A stretch of DNA of 64,000 bases from Lama glama. Taxonomy: Eukaryota. Location of the stretch: NCBI GenBank assembly GCA_028534125.1, contig CM052817.1, forward strand, positions 57,910,001-57,974,000, in the 5' to 3' direction. A program made the translations under genes and the position numbers. The number at the start of each line of letters is the position of its first letter. Within the stretch, counting starts at the first letter, position 1. Below, piece after piece: positions 23,067 through 36,240 of the stretch. Below the pieces are notes generated by a model. The model ran no database searches. It saw nothing but the letters and a program-made list of their open reading frames with translations, and was not told the DNA's origin.

Positions 23067-26000
23067 GTAAATTCTAATGTTAATTTTGTAGCAACAATTA
23101 AAGGCTTGAAACTTCTAAAGAATAAGCAACTGATTTCGGTGAAGGGTTGCATTTCCCTCTTGAGCCAAAATTAATTAACACGTAGCGAAATGATCAAGAC
23201 TGTTACTTTTCTAGAGCTTCCTAACCTGGGAGCTATTCTTGCACCCTAAACTCTCATAAGGTATCCTTTAACTGGATTTTTATGTTGGTCTCAATGATGC
23301 ATAACTGGAGATCTGACTAAATATCTTACATGTTCTTAGCTATATGCCATAGAGATATGCCTTATTAAAATATCAGAAATCCTAATTTTATACTTTTAAA
23401 TAAACTATCATTAGAAGTGACTCCATGTAAAAATAGGTTTACCCTCTAGTTTTGTTCCAGTTCAGTTATTTGAAACAATATGGTCTATGAATGAAATTTG
23501 GTTTTAAAGAATATATGAATGTGTCATGAGTAATTCTGCTTTTTTCAAAATATCCTAATGGAGCCACTTTTTCAACAGATTTTAAGGATTTTCTGGTGGC
23601 AGGTTGATCAAACACATGGTAACCTGCTGTGGCCTAACATCCATGTGACCATTATTTTGCTTTTGGCTATAGACAGGTTTCCTTTGGAAAATAAGACATG
23701 GCATCAGCATACATATTTTAAATGAATGAATATTACAAGAAAGGCCATTAGCAGCAGTGGGGGATTCAATCAGCAGTGTAAGAGACTGTGATTAAAAATT
23801 AATGTAAGTGTGGAGAAACCATTATGATTCACATTTTTTTTAAAAAAAGAAAGCTGTAATACAAAAGCTCTAGGAAACTTGCAGCTTAGTTAGGGTTATT
23901 ATATATGGTTCTAGCCCATTCAGTGAGAATCTGTAGGCAAATTTCACTGTAACACTATTTATTCTGGGTCTGGCTTGAATTTCAGAGAGGTTATAAAAAA
24001 TTTAATGCATGTTTAGAGTACAGCATGAATATGCACTTCTTTTATAATCAGATAAAAAAAGTTTTAAACAAAGTGTCACTTAATATCAAAATATTTGGAA
24101 ACAAGGTAATTTTGCATATTCTAAAAAAAACTCCAAAAAGGACCCTGCTTTCAAAGGACTGCTGATTTCCACAAGGTGCACAGATATACCAGAGTGGTAA
24201 AACGTATTTGTTTATAACCTTATATGGCAGATGGTTAAGAGTTCTGGAGAGCATTTAGAATTATATTTCTAAAGCCTAACATTAATTTTTGTATTTCTCT
24301 TCTGATGAAGATATCTTAAGGATAGCAATTCCATTATCATTTCTTAAAGATTCAGTGTTCACGACATACTCTTCTAGAAATTGAGAATGTCATTACACAC
24401 CCTGTTGTACATGAGAGACTGAATGGGGACATGTGGCAGGAAGCAAAGTCTGTATGTCAAAGAATGTCATGGGTTCCAGCTGATGAGGACTGTTTTGCTT
24501 CCTGCTTCTTCCTTTTATACCTGCTAATCGATTATTAATCACTATGGTGGACTCTATATACCTAGGAGGGAAAAAAAACCTACAGTTCCATCATTATAAA
24601 TATACACACAGAAAACAAAACTCATTGACAGTTTTAAATATCTACCATGTGCTGTTACTGCCTTTTTTAAGTACTATGTGAAATATTTGAGTTGAATTCA
24701 GTTTAGGTTTCATGGTTTAATGACACCTTGTGTTCTGATGGAAGCAACCTGTGGAAATCTCTTCCAAATCGTTATCTTGAACCCCCATTGACAAAACTGT
24801 CCCAGAATAGTTCTGACTATGACTTTCTGTTACAACATGGTAATTAGAATTACTTATAATTCAGGTATCTGCTGATTAAGCTGCTGCGGGAAGATCTTTC
24901 TATTGAAATCTATGGCAGGAATAATTTTCTGATGGAAGATATGCCTGTTGTGTTGTGCTGTCATACAATCAATTCTTATACAACTGTGATTCTGAAAGAA
25001 CCTACCGTCGCCCTTTCCGATATTCTGACCGTCATAGTCTTCACTTTTATTTCAGTACTGAGAAGCTGTTGAATTTTTTATCAGTGCGATTGATGCACTG
25101 GTAGTATCAAGAACTACTGTGTCTCTCTGTCCCTTGAACCATTCCTCATTTTCTCATCTACCCTTGGGTAGGGGAGGGGGTTCCGTATATTTTCCTTCTG
25201 ATTCCTACCCAATTACATGCCAAGTTCCCCCTCCCCTTTTCATTACATTTTATATATGTGCCAACAGTCTTTTATTTTTATGTGGGAGAGAAAATTGTCA
25301 GGTTTCCTTTGACAGCACTCTCCATGCTGTCTCGTATGACAAGCACCTCCAAATACGGCAAGAATAATCAGTGTGGCCAATCTGCCTTTAAATCTCTTCA
25401 GAGCCCTCAAGGGTTTGGAATAACCTGGTTATGTAGCTACCAGGATAATTACTTCAGGGCTAGCCCTTTATAACAAAAGGAAGTTATTTGATTCATCAAA
25501 AAAGTGTAAAATATTATGTGAATTTTACAAATTCTTGTCCTCCCAACAAGTTTCCTTCCCACAACAAAATAAATTTCATAATAGGAAAGTTACTATTTCA
25601 CTTTAATTTAAATTGCAGTAAGGAGGTCTTTTAAATATATAAAAGATCAATATATCAGTCATAAAATGGAGTTGCTGATAACTATACCCTCATTTATTTC
25701 TCCTCTTCCACTTTCCACTCCTCTCTTTTTCTGTTTCCTTCTCTCTCTCTCTAGACCCATCCCCAGCCTGTTAGGAGGGGATGTTGTGATTCAAAATCTG
25801 TGGGGCAATTCTTCCTGTTTTATTCTCCAATATGCTGTTTATTATATTACTGAACCGCCACACATACTCTTTTTGCTGCAACTCAGATAATCAAAATCCT
25901 GGTAATAAGTTCTAGATTAGCTTCTTAAAAATATTAGTCATACTGTCAAAAGGAAACTAAGTTTTAAAAAATCTAAGTGAATAGAATTTTGTTGGGAATA

Positions 26001-29000
26001 AAAAAGAGCATTGAGTCCAACAGCAAAGTAACAGTTTTGATATATTTTACATTTGTTATGCTTTTTGGGGGGGTCAACAAGTCTGTCTTCAAAAAGGGAC
26101 CTAGTTTTGTGATATGATACCTAAGACTTTTTTTTTTAATGTCAGCAACAGTATACTTTATAAACCAATTTTATAAAATTTGCAGTAATGTGCTTTTCCA
26201 GTAGATGTCTCTAAAATGTTCTGAAGTAGTACAAGGAAGTTGTGGCTTGCTCTAGTGACAGGAAGGACAGGAACTTAAGTTCAAATAATGTTAGATTAGA
26301 GAGGAGGAAAGAAAAACTTTGTAAATCTGTATTTAAAAAATCCTCACACTGGAATTTGACACAACACTGTAAAATGATTATGAATCAATAAAAATGAAAA
26401 AAAAAATCCTCAGCTTTAATTAGATTTTCTATCTAGGAAAAAGTTATTTTACAAAATTGTGTTTTATGAAATCTATCATGATTACTATAAATGTTGAAAA
26501 AAATGGAATAAAATGATCCAGCCATTTATTATGAATATATAAAAATATTTCATTTCATAAATGTTGTACACTAAATGAATTATGTAAGAGTTATTGTCAC
26601 TAACATTTTAAATATGGGGCTTCTCTAGTAAGATTATTTTAAATATTACTTCAATTAATACGAAATAAAAGTTATAATACTTAAAACAGAAAAAAAAACC
26701 TGTATTCTTACATTTTTGCATATCTAATTCTTCCCAGTGGTGATGAATGCTTGAAAAAGGACATTATGTCCTATAAACGTTTTGCTTAATGAAATTTTGA
26801 TGCATTTAGTCAAAAACACCAGGTACCTTAATTCTTTGTTGCAGCAAATTGTCTAATTCTATTTAACTACTAAATCTCAGTAAATCTTTCCACATGTGCT
26901 GGATATCACCATGCAAGCACTCACTGGATATCAAAGAAGCAACTAGAAACTGGTGTTGTCAAGCCAGATGGGAAAGTTTCTGGTTTTCAGGGGAATGAGT
27001 GAGCTTTCTCATTACAGAGTTGTCATTAATGACTTCTTCTATATGCCTCAAAGGCCTGGAAGAAAAGAAAAAACATTTACAAATAACACCTGTCTAATTA
27101 AAGAAAAGAAAGGAAGAAAGAAAGAGCACCTAATAAGGAAGCTGTTGCTCTTGACACTTGCTGACCTTGCTTCTCTAAGTCCTTGATCTGCCAAGATCAG
27201 AGTTTTAGTGCAAGGAAAAAAGATGGGAGAACAGAAAAAAAGAACTCCAATTTTTAAATTTTTAAAAACTCTGAAGTACGTAAAATCTTTAAAAGATATT
27301 GGATTTAAACAAATACCCGTCTGTCTCAGCACCAATCTCTTAGAAAGGACCAAGAAAAAGAGAGTTAAACTTTTGCACTCTATGAAACAAAGCAAAGGTC
27401 TGTGTTTAAGTGTAAGATAAGATAGATTGCCTGGAAAACCCAGAATCTGTGGCAGTCCTGTGTAGAGACTACATTGGGAAGACAGAAAGATTGCTAAATG
27501 AAAAAATAAGAGAGCATAGATCAACCTGGAATTTTATCACAGGAGAGTAACTGACTCCACTGTCAGAGATCCCATCAGGGCTTTCCCACTGGCTAAATTC
27601 CGTGAAAGAACTTGGGATGAATGCAAGTATTGAACTTCAGTCAAGAAACAGAGCTAAGGGAAAAGATAACAAACTATTGGATTTGTTAAACAGGCATTTC
27701 AGGTTTTTAACAGCCTGGGCAGAGACTCCACCTAATGAATTCCAGAGAAGAGAGGTTCCTGTGACAACTGGATCTCAGAGACCTTTGTTTGATGCTTAAT
27801 AGTTGTTTCCTTTACTTAGGAGTACAATTTCCTCACTGATTTCCTCCTGAAACAATTAATTTAAAAATAACTATGGCTAAGAGCAAATGGAAATTTTTAT
27901 GCGCACACACACGTAATTACATTAATTTTTGTCATTCAGTATTTAAAGGATTTTTCCAATTATATTTCTTTCAAAGCAGTCTTTTTATAACTTTACAAAA
28001 ATATGGAGAAATTTTGATTTTTATTTCATAGATATTATGTTAGCACATGAGGAGGTGTGACCCACCAAGGACTACTATGCAAGAAAACTAAATATTTCCT
28101 CTCAATTTTATGTGTTATTCTTTGTCCCTTTTGATATATCGTTTTTCTTCCTGAAAACTTTCTTAATTTTCCTGTCCCACTTGTCACTGACTTTAAAGTT
28201 TTTTTCATCTTTTTAGTTCTTATTTCTAATTTGCTTATTTTCTCTAGCATGTCACTTTGTATTCCCTCATTTGCAACGCAATAACATTTTTCCAGATCGC
28301 AGGAATGACACTTACTTGAAATTCTTTTGAACCTAAGGTCAATAGGCAACTACATGTAAATTCTCTCCCTTTATCTCCTTTCTGTTCTTGACCCTTTACC
28401 GTTTACCCAGGTTTGGTTTTACTTCTTATCCATTCATGATCTTGCCTGGACCGGTGGCACAGAGACAACTATGACTTGATGAAGTACCCCCTCAAATATG
28501 ACCCTAGCGCATATAATATACCTGCTACTTCCTCTAGTGTGAATGTGTCTGTGTGCTTGTGTGAGATTCCCTGCTTTCCTAGTCCTTCTCAAATGGGGCA
28601 TACAGAATGAAATGCAATGTTATAATCTCCACATTAAATATACAACATGCAATACCTTGTAAAGAGGGAGATGAAGAGACCTGAATTCAACAGAATATGA
28701 TAATACAATATAAAATAATGCTTTACTATTTATAATAAAGCTTTAGCAAAGTATTTCAAATCCCTGAAAGGAAGCCCTATGTAAAATGCTGTTGTGATTT
28801 TTATTGAGGTCACTCCACTTTAGTCAGGGTCGTGAGCACCTCAGCCAATCTGCCTCTTGATTATGAGGAGGGGGTGGGAAGGAGCCATATTCAAACATTT
28901 GACAACTAACTCAGTATAAATATATAAGTCAACATAAAAATCAAAAGTTAAGAATGCATTACTTTTTATTTTCTTACATTAAGGCATATGTTACCTATAT

Positions 29001-30248
29001 TACAAAACTGCATACCAAGGAATATTAAAGCATAACACAAATCACTCACTGTATCATTCAAATAATTTCTAAACAATTTATTAACTTCTACAAATTATGA
29101 GTGTGCTCTTTTATTTTTGACATAGATGACACCAATTAAATGATGTCCCTGTCAGAGATATGATTTAATATAGGAAATTGCCTAAACTTCTTTTAAAGAC
29201 TTCACCAGATTTAGAGCCATTGGGTGACATGAAATCTCAGTAAGTTTGTAGTTTCTTTTAACATCAATGATATTTCCATACTGCTGAATTATCTGTTAGA
29301 TAATGCTGAATTGACAATGGTTGCACTCCATTTTTTTAGCCCTTAAATACTATGTTCATTTTTTAATATTCAGTGTATTTATTATCAATTAAATCATAAA
29401 AATTCTTGGAGGAATATCCTATTTAATTAATTCATAGAGCTTGGCAAACATCATTTGGCCAAATTTAGGGCGTAATAAATCAAGGAACTTAAACGTCTAT
29501 TATATTTTTGAGTTTTGTCATAAAAATTCCATTTTCATATGACTTACTAGAAAATCTATATTTTCTCCTATAATTTACCCCTTATTAATTTGTGTCAAAT
29601 AGTATATATAAACATTTTTCACATCTAAAATCTTTTTTTCAGTTTCCAAATGTCTCCAACTCAACAAGCGGAACATTTTTCCCCTTGTAAAGTTAAAAAA
29701 TGATTGGCGTCTCTATTAGAATATCATTTCTGAAAACCAAGTCTCATTTTGCTTTTTATAAAGAAGCTTGTTTTCCAAATGCTAAACATAAAACTGATTA
29801 GTAGTGATATACCTATATCAGAATTATTCTGTCAGGTAAGTTCCATAATATTTTCCTTTTCTGAAATGATGTACTACTCCAATTATATGATAATGTTTAA
29901 AAATTTAACCTTTTTCCAAAATATTTTTATTTTATTGATTTTTATTGACATTTGATAAAGTATTTTTAAAGCTTTTATTATTTCAAAAACTTTGCTTTAC
30001 TTGAACATTTTTATTATTACAAAAGTTTATTTCATAAGACTAATTTCATAAAGTTCTTTAATTTTTTCTCTTGATGACTGCAAATGAACTTTAACAGAAA
30101 TTGAATATCATTATGAGAAAAAATAAATCTAGTAATTTTAATTTAAATGATCAAATTTAGGTCATTATTTGAAACCAACATTTACATATCAAGTAAAAAC
30201 GACTGATTTTTATTGAAAATCAAGTTGATTTTTATTTCAAAATCACAA

Positions 30249-30384
30249 GGAGGGGGGGATATAGCTCAAGTGGTAGAGCACTTGCCTAATATGCAGGAGG
30301 TCCTAGGTTCAATCCCAAGTACCTCTTCTAAAAAAGTTTTTTTAAAAACCCTAATTACCTACCCCCACCCAGGAAGAAAAAAAA
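30249..30384 (+). mobile_element. tRNA-derived SINE (camelid Vic-1-like)
   Basis: A box TAGCTCAAGTGG, B box GGTTCAATCCC, then an A-rich linker, cctaattacct-ccccc unit and A tail. Confidence 0.85.
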
Positions 30385-31543
30385 GTTATGTTTTATATTT
30401 AGTTGTTGATGTTTTTTATTTTGATATTTTACATAGCAAAAGATATTCCAGACTAACTTCATTTTTGCAGTGTATTATTAAATAATCCAGGACTAGTTTC
30501 ATTATTGATAATATTTTTTCCCCTCAGATTCAAAAAATTCACACTATGATATCTAAAAGAAATGCTTTGAAAATTTAAACCTTTGTCTCTTTTCCAGTGT
30601 TTTTAATAATTGATTGTAAAATTTTTAATGCTATTTAGAAAAAACTATGTACTGATACAATAAGTGTGTACTAACAAGTAAACTACAGTCAGCACCTATT
30701 TGGAAAGTAACTACTACATAAATCATACATAATGATAAGTTGATGATTCTGCTAAAACATTAAATGTTTCATAAAATCTACGTAGTGCTTGAAATGGGCC
30801 AACAAACTGCTAGTTCTGAAAAACAGTTCTCAGATGTTGTTACAATAGGAATTCCATTTATCACATACCCTACAAGATATCTCTTTCATTATGTGCTCAC
30901 AATAAACTTGCAATAAGTTAATGTTATAATTTTTATAGCTCTTTATCAGTTACTACACTTTATATATTTGCCAATAGGTATGGCTGTATTTCAGTATTTT
31001 AATCATTGGTGGGTCCCACTGGTGCTTACTGACTAAATACAATCTTGAAGTTGGAGTATGTGGAGTGTACCAGATGGGCGTGAGGAGCCAGAGCCTCGGT
31101 GTTGAGTGGAAAGGCCCTCATTTCTGAGACATTGTCAGCGGGCTCTAGATTTGATTGCTGGGAAGGCGGCTCAAACACTTCACAGGCTTCCATGCTTAGA
31201 AGAACCCCTTCAGGGAACTTGTGTCATAACAACAGAGAGGACAGCATTACCTACACGAGGGGTCTGGGCATGTGCGAACCATACTCCACCCCCGCCCCAC
31301 TTCACCTACTCCTTAGAGAGGCCTGCTTCTCTGTGGAATTGTAGGTAGGAGATGCAAGGTTTTTATTCACCAATGTTTTAATAAATCATGTCTTTAATGA
31401 ATGCTCTGGTTATCAACAAGCACATGTGGTGGTTTAAAAATCTATGAAGGTCAATTTCTGGATTGCAATTTTAACCTAAAAATATCTGGTATTTTCTGCC
31501 TTAAAACAGTGAATTTATTTACTAGAATTAGAAGATTCTAAAT

Positions 31544-31734
31544 TAGTGCTTCTTAACCAGGGTCATACATCAAAATCACCTGCAGAGTTTTAAAAACTAT
31601 ATACACACATGTTCAATTCCCCAAAACAGATCTACTGAATCATAATCCCCAGGTAGGGAAATGGACAACACAGACACTTCGTGTTCCAAAGTTTACAGAT
31701 GCTTCTCATTTCTAACCATGATGAAAAAACACTA
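31544..31734. mobile_element. hAT-Charlie MITE (MER5-like)
   Basis: Degenerate TIRs tagtgcttctt.../...aaaaacacta, catcaaaatcacctg core, 8-bp TSD ttctaaat/ttctaaaa. Confidence 0.65.
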
Positions 31735-32131
31735 TTCTAAAAAAAATGTAAAAAAAACAAACAAGCAAAATCACGTAATATGCATTAAAAGTTCATGATA
31801 GAAAAAGAAATTTGAATAGCAACCGTGTTTTGTATGCCACAAGACAATACAGTCTTTGATTTTACCATAATTGTGCACCGCTTCCCTCTGCCTGCCAAGT
31901 TGTGATATGCCTTTCAATGCACCAGATCTCTTTGTTTTCCTATGATCTAGCTCCAAAAGGTAAACAGTAAGAAAATGAAAAGACCATTCATTCATCCCAT
32001 TAAATCCACCTGTTCCTTTTGCTGTAAATACTTACAAGGTTGTATCCTGAACGTTCTTCCACTGCTAAGAGAACACTGGAAGGTAGTGAGGTGGAAAGTC
32101 ACTAAGGAAGATTTATCTTGATGCTCTGCTC

Positions 32132-32316
32132 CAGTGGTTCTCAAACTTCAGTGTGCATTGGAGACACCTGGAGAGCTTGTTCATCCACAGATTGCCACCT
32201 CACTCCAGAGTTTCTTCAATGAGCAGGTCTGGGGTGGAGCCTGGAAGTTGTACTTTTAAAAGTTTCCAGGTGACGCTGATACGGCTGATTCAGGGCCCCT
32301 GGTTTGAGAATCATAG
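32132..32316. mobile_element. hAT-Charlie MITE MER5A-like
   Basis: TIRs cagtggttctcaaac ... gtttgagaatcatag; internal ggtctggggtggagcctg. Confidence 0.8.
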
Positions 32317-33668
32317 CTTTACCCTCTAGCTACCTTGTTGGGTGGATATATTTTATCTGCCAGGAAAATGCTTTATTACATTATCCAAGAAGGAACCTTG
32401 ATTTTAAAAATTACACAATTATTTAATAGACATATTTGTATAAATTAAGCTGAATGTGGACTATAAGAATTATTGCTAGGACTTAGCAGAAAGTAACACT
32501 TTTCACCACCTACTGCAGCCCCCTTGAATAAGTACACTTTTCCCCAGTGGCAGATTGTCTTCTTCCACCAAATAAATCAACAATTATGCAGGACTTTCTA
32601 TAATGCAGCAGAGAGAAAAAAAAAAAAGAAATGAAATCAAAACAAAAACCTTGGACACGAATGAAGATTCATTAATTTAGCTCAATGCCCTGAAGAAAGC
32701 AATGCAAAATTCAATCTAACAATGGAGACTAACTCAGATTAGTGCCAAATATATCATACTTTCTGTGGAGTAGAGATGCTTTAGTACTACTGTCACAGCC
32801 ACATATGCCTTAGGGAGTATATTAACATGTGCCAGAGGTACAGTTTCATTGGTACATAATTTCACAGGGGAAGAAGCAGACACCAAACACTTGTTTTCTC
32901 ATGTCTGATCCACAGGCTTCAATAAATAGTGTTCATTAGAAGTCTGCAAATTACAGACATACATTACTTGATGCGTTCAATATTTTTAATAAATCTTCCT
33001 TCTAAATTGTCCTCGAAAAATTATATTGCCATTTAAAATACTTCTTGATTCATGGGAAATGAGAACCAATGCTTTAGTAGAGTAGATTTATTTGATAAGA
33101 ATTTCTATTTTTCTGAAATTTCACTGATTTTATTTGAGACGTGCCGGGTGATGGTTTACCTTGACTTGCAGTCCTTATGTTTTGAGCCTATGTATTTCTT
33201 AAAAATCTGTGGCACTATCACTTAAACAGGTATTCTTTCAGTAAAGAACTTGTAGTTCTCCCTTCCAAGTGGGCAGCAGCTGGAAATTGCGTTGTTAAAC
33301 AAGCAGTCTTTGTGGCAGTCCGCTTATAAAGCGGCTGTAGCTTTTAACACGGCTGATTTTGAGTCGCCTCAATTATGCAGGTAGTTTACGTCTGCCAGTT
33401 TACACAGCTTCCCCATGTCCGGGTTCACCTAAAAGGAAACTCGAATAATTTTATTTTTTTCCAAACAGAACCAGAGTCTTGCACTTCCGACACCGACGCG
33501 GCGGCACACTGCCCTGCGGATAGGGGTGGAGCACTTGACGCGGCAGTCCTCGCAGAGCATCGTGCTTCAGTACACGGGATAATGAATGTCAGCCACATCA
33601 TTGCTCAGGACTGGAAAAAATGAGGCAGCCCCCATGCTTAACTCTCTTCTCTTTTTGCTTCGGTCCAG

Positions 33669-33776
33669 CCCAGGAGCAGCAGCAGCTGATACAGAGCAAC
33701 CAGGCTGAGAGTCCCACCGCTGTTGGCAGAGGGACACCGGAGCAGCAACAGCAGCACCAAGACTGCGGTGACCCAG
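33669..33776 (+). CDS. MMRN1: Multimerin 1 coding exon 4 (Gln-rich linker)
   Basis: Pyrimidine tract then gtccag|CC; encodes (A)QEQQQLIQSNQAESPTAVGRGTPEQQQQHQDCGDP; G|GTCACA donor; 108 nt, phase 1-1. Confidence 0.92.
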
Positions 33777-34645
33777 GTCACAGATTGTAATTCTACTGTT
33801 CTTAACCCAGTCATTTTCAGCGCTACTTAGGACGACTTCCAAACAAGAGACTGCTTTGCTGTCAAATGTTTGATGGTGACATTAACATCCCTCTCAGTCC
33901 TTTTCTATTACTGCTGCACATTGTGGGAAATTGTGCGTTAGCTGCAGGTTCCCGGCCTGAAGGGACCATGTATAAGTATTGAAGTTCTGTGTGCAGGCAC
34001 AGAAGGAGACTAAAAATGCCGTCACACTAGGTTGTAAGGAAATCACAGGTTTCCAAAATAAAATCAAGAAGAACCTTGGAAGAAGCTTGATGTGGATGGA
34101 AGGACTTGATCATTTTAAGGGCTCTAAGAAGGCTCCCTTCCACTGGTTGATAAGAGATCACCAAGAGGTGTTGATAGCCGACTAGGGCCAGGAATTGTGG
34201 CTCAGAATCAGCAAGAACCTCCTGTTGACCTAAAGTTGAAATGGCACATATTTTCTCATCTTTTTCATCTATTTCTCCATTTCTTTTAGACCTCATCTCT
34301 TAGAAACATAAAGTTGGTAACTGCTAAAAACATCTCACTGTGTTTAGTATGTATCTAGTCATACAAAACAAGGCACTCAAATTGAGAAATCTGATACAAG
34401 GGGCTCTCTTTAAGAATGCAGGTGAATGTATCTTAGAAACTCTATTCAAACTTTTTTTTTAAGAGATTGAAATTCAGTATTTTCATAAAATACCGTAAAA
34501 TCCTCCTTGAATTATTGAAATGCATGTGTAAAGGCATGGAAAGTGTCACTGCTCTATACAGTGATTCAAACTAAATTCTGAATCTCATTATCTCATTGAA
34601 GAATACCTCAGTGAAGAATAAAATTCTCAAAATATAGATACAAAC

Positions 34646-34648
34646 TCT

Positions 34649-34683
<35 letters not shown>

Positions 34684-34711
34684 CTATCTATCTGCCTATC
34701 TATCTATCTAT
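34646..34711. repeat. Interrupted (TCTA)n microsatellite
   Basis: ctctatctatctatct...atctatctatcta seen directly. Confidence 0.9.
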
Positions 34712-35107
34712 TTGGCTACACCTATTTTATACTGGAGCATTGTATTTGAAAGCAGAATATGAGTCAATAGGTCTGTAGCCTCAAGCAAGTTATTTTGATT
34801 TTTCTGACCCTCAGTTTCTTCATCTACTGAAAGTTTAAAAATAAATCTTTCAGGTTAAAAAGAAAGACTAAAACTTCTGGGTGAAGTTAAAACATTTTAG
34901 AACTCTAAGATATTAGACTGCTTTTTACAAATTTCTACCCTTAAATAGTGTAAAATTCAGGTTGCATTTGCTAAGTGCATATAGTCTGTATTTTCAAATA
35001 TAAAGTACACACGGGGTTTATTTGAATTACCTTTCAACCTACCATGAAATTCAAGTGTTTTTAAATGCGTATTTTTAAATGTTTCATATTTTGTCTTCTA
35101 CATGCAG

Positions 35108-35281
35108 CAGTGACACAAAAAATGTCTGACCAGATGAACCACCAGGCAATGAGACTGACCCTTCTGCAGAAGACCATTGACAATATTTCCTTGGCTCTGA
35201 GTGATGTCAGAAACACGTACTCCTCCCTAGAGGGGAAAATCAGTGAAGATAAAGGCAGAGAATTCCAATCTTTTCTAAAAG
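35108..35281 (+). CDS. MMRN1: Multimerin 1 coding exon 5 (start of coiled coil)
   Basis: catgcag|CA acceptor; encodes (A)VTQKMSDQMNHQAMRLTLLQKTIDNISLALSDVRNTYSSLEGKISEDKGREFQSFLK; G|GTAAAA donor; 174 nt. Confidence 0.94.
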
Positions 35282-35844
35282 GTAAAAGTAAAATAAATTA
35301 TTCCTTCAGTTGAGACAAAATGACTTGTTTATCTCTTTTCACATCATTTTGGGATCTTTGCTTTAGACTGGGTGGGATAGATGTCGAAGGCAGATTTTTT
35401 TGCATAAGATACTTCTAAATCCCTCTATTTCTGAAATAATTAGAGAAATCTAAATATTTTTAATAATATAGTCAAATCTTAGAATATTTCATCTGACCTA
35501 TTGACATTATGTACCTAGTTACAGCCTAGTTGTATTTCTTTGTAGTTAAAATGAGCTGTACTTAATCTGCTTCCTTTGCAGTTTCCATTTCAAGATAAAG
35601 ATGAGGTTGAGGGATGATGATTAAGGCAGCTGGATCCATGGTTATCTCAATAATATTGATGAAGATATTAAGGATAAATATAAAGCCCAATATTATCCCA
35701 ACAATTATCTGGCTCATGGAGTATAATCAATAAAATGTATTCTAAAGTGTATCAGATCATTAATAGAAAGGTGAATCAGTTTTGCCTGACTTTTGTGCTC
35801 TTGAAATAGCCGATGTGTTCTTTTCTGGATTATCCTCCAGATAA

Positions 35845-36240
35845 TCCATTTCTTGCTAATTCAAGCTGTCAGAATTCATTTCCTTGCAGTTGTAGGACTG
35901 AGGTCCCATTTTTTTGAGTTCAGAAACTGTGGCTTGTTCCCAGCTTCTAGGGAGCACTGCATCTCTTGGCTCATGGCCTTCTTCCTCCATCTTCAAAAGC
36001 CAACAACAGCTGTTGAGTCCGCAGGGCAGCTCTCAGACCCACTCTTCTGCCTTCTTCTTCCTCTTTAAGGACTCAGATGATTACATTGGACCCATCTGGA
36101 TAATCTAGGATAATCTCCTCAAGTCCTTAACTTTAATCACATCTGTCAAAGTCCTTGTGACATGTAAGGTAACATATTCACAGGTTCAGGGAATTAGGGT
36201 GTGAGCATCTTAGGTAGGGCAGCATTATTCTGCCTACCAC
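35845..36240. mobile_element. MaLR LTR (MLT1D/E-like)
   Basis: cagaattcatttccttgcagttgtaggactgaggtccc...gattacattggaccc...ggtaacatattcacaggtt...attctgcctaccac. Confidence 0.75.

Noticed and set aside
30249..30325. Functional tRNA genes at SINE heads (also ~62590)
   Set aside because: Degenerate stems, SINE tails and TSDs show these are SINEs.
16024..30694. Diversity-generating retroelement template/variable repeat pair
   Set aside because: The differences are not confined to adenines on one strand (3 T>C, 1 A>G, 1 A>C), there is no RT gene, neither copy lies in a credible CDS, and the host is a mammal.
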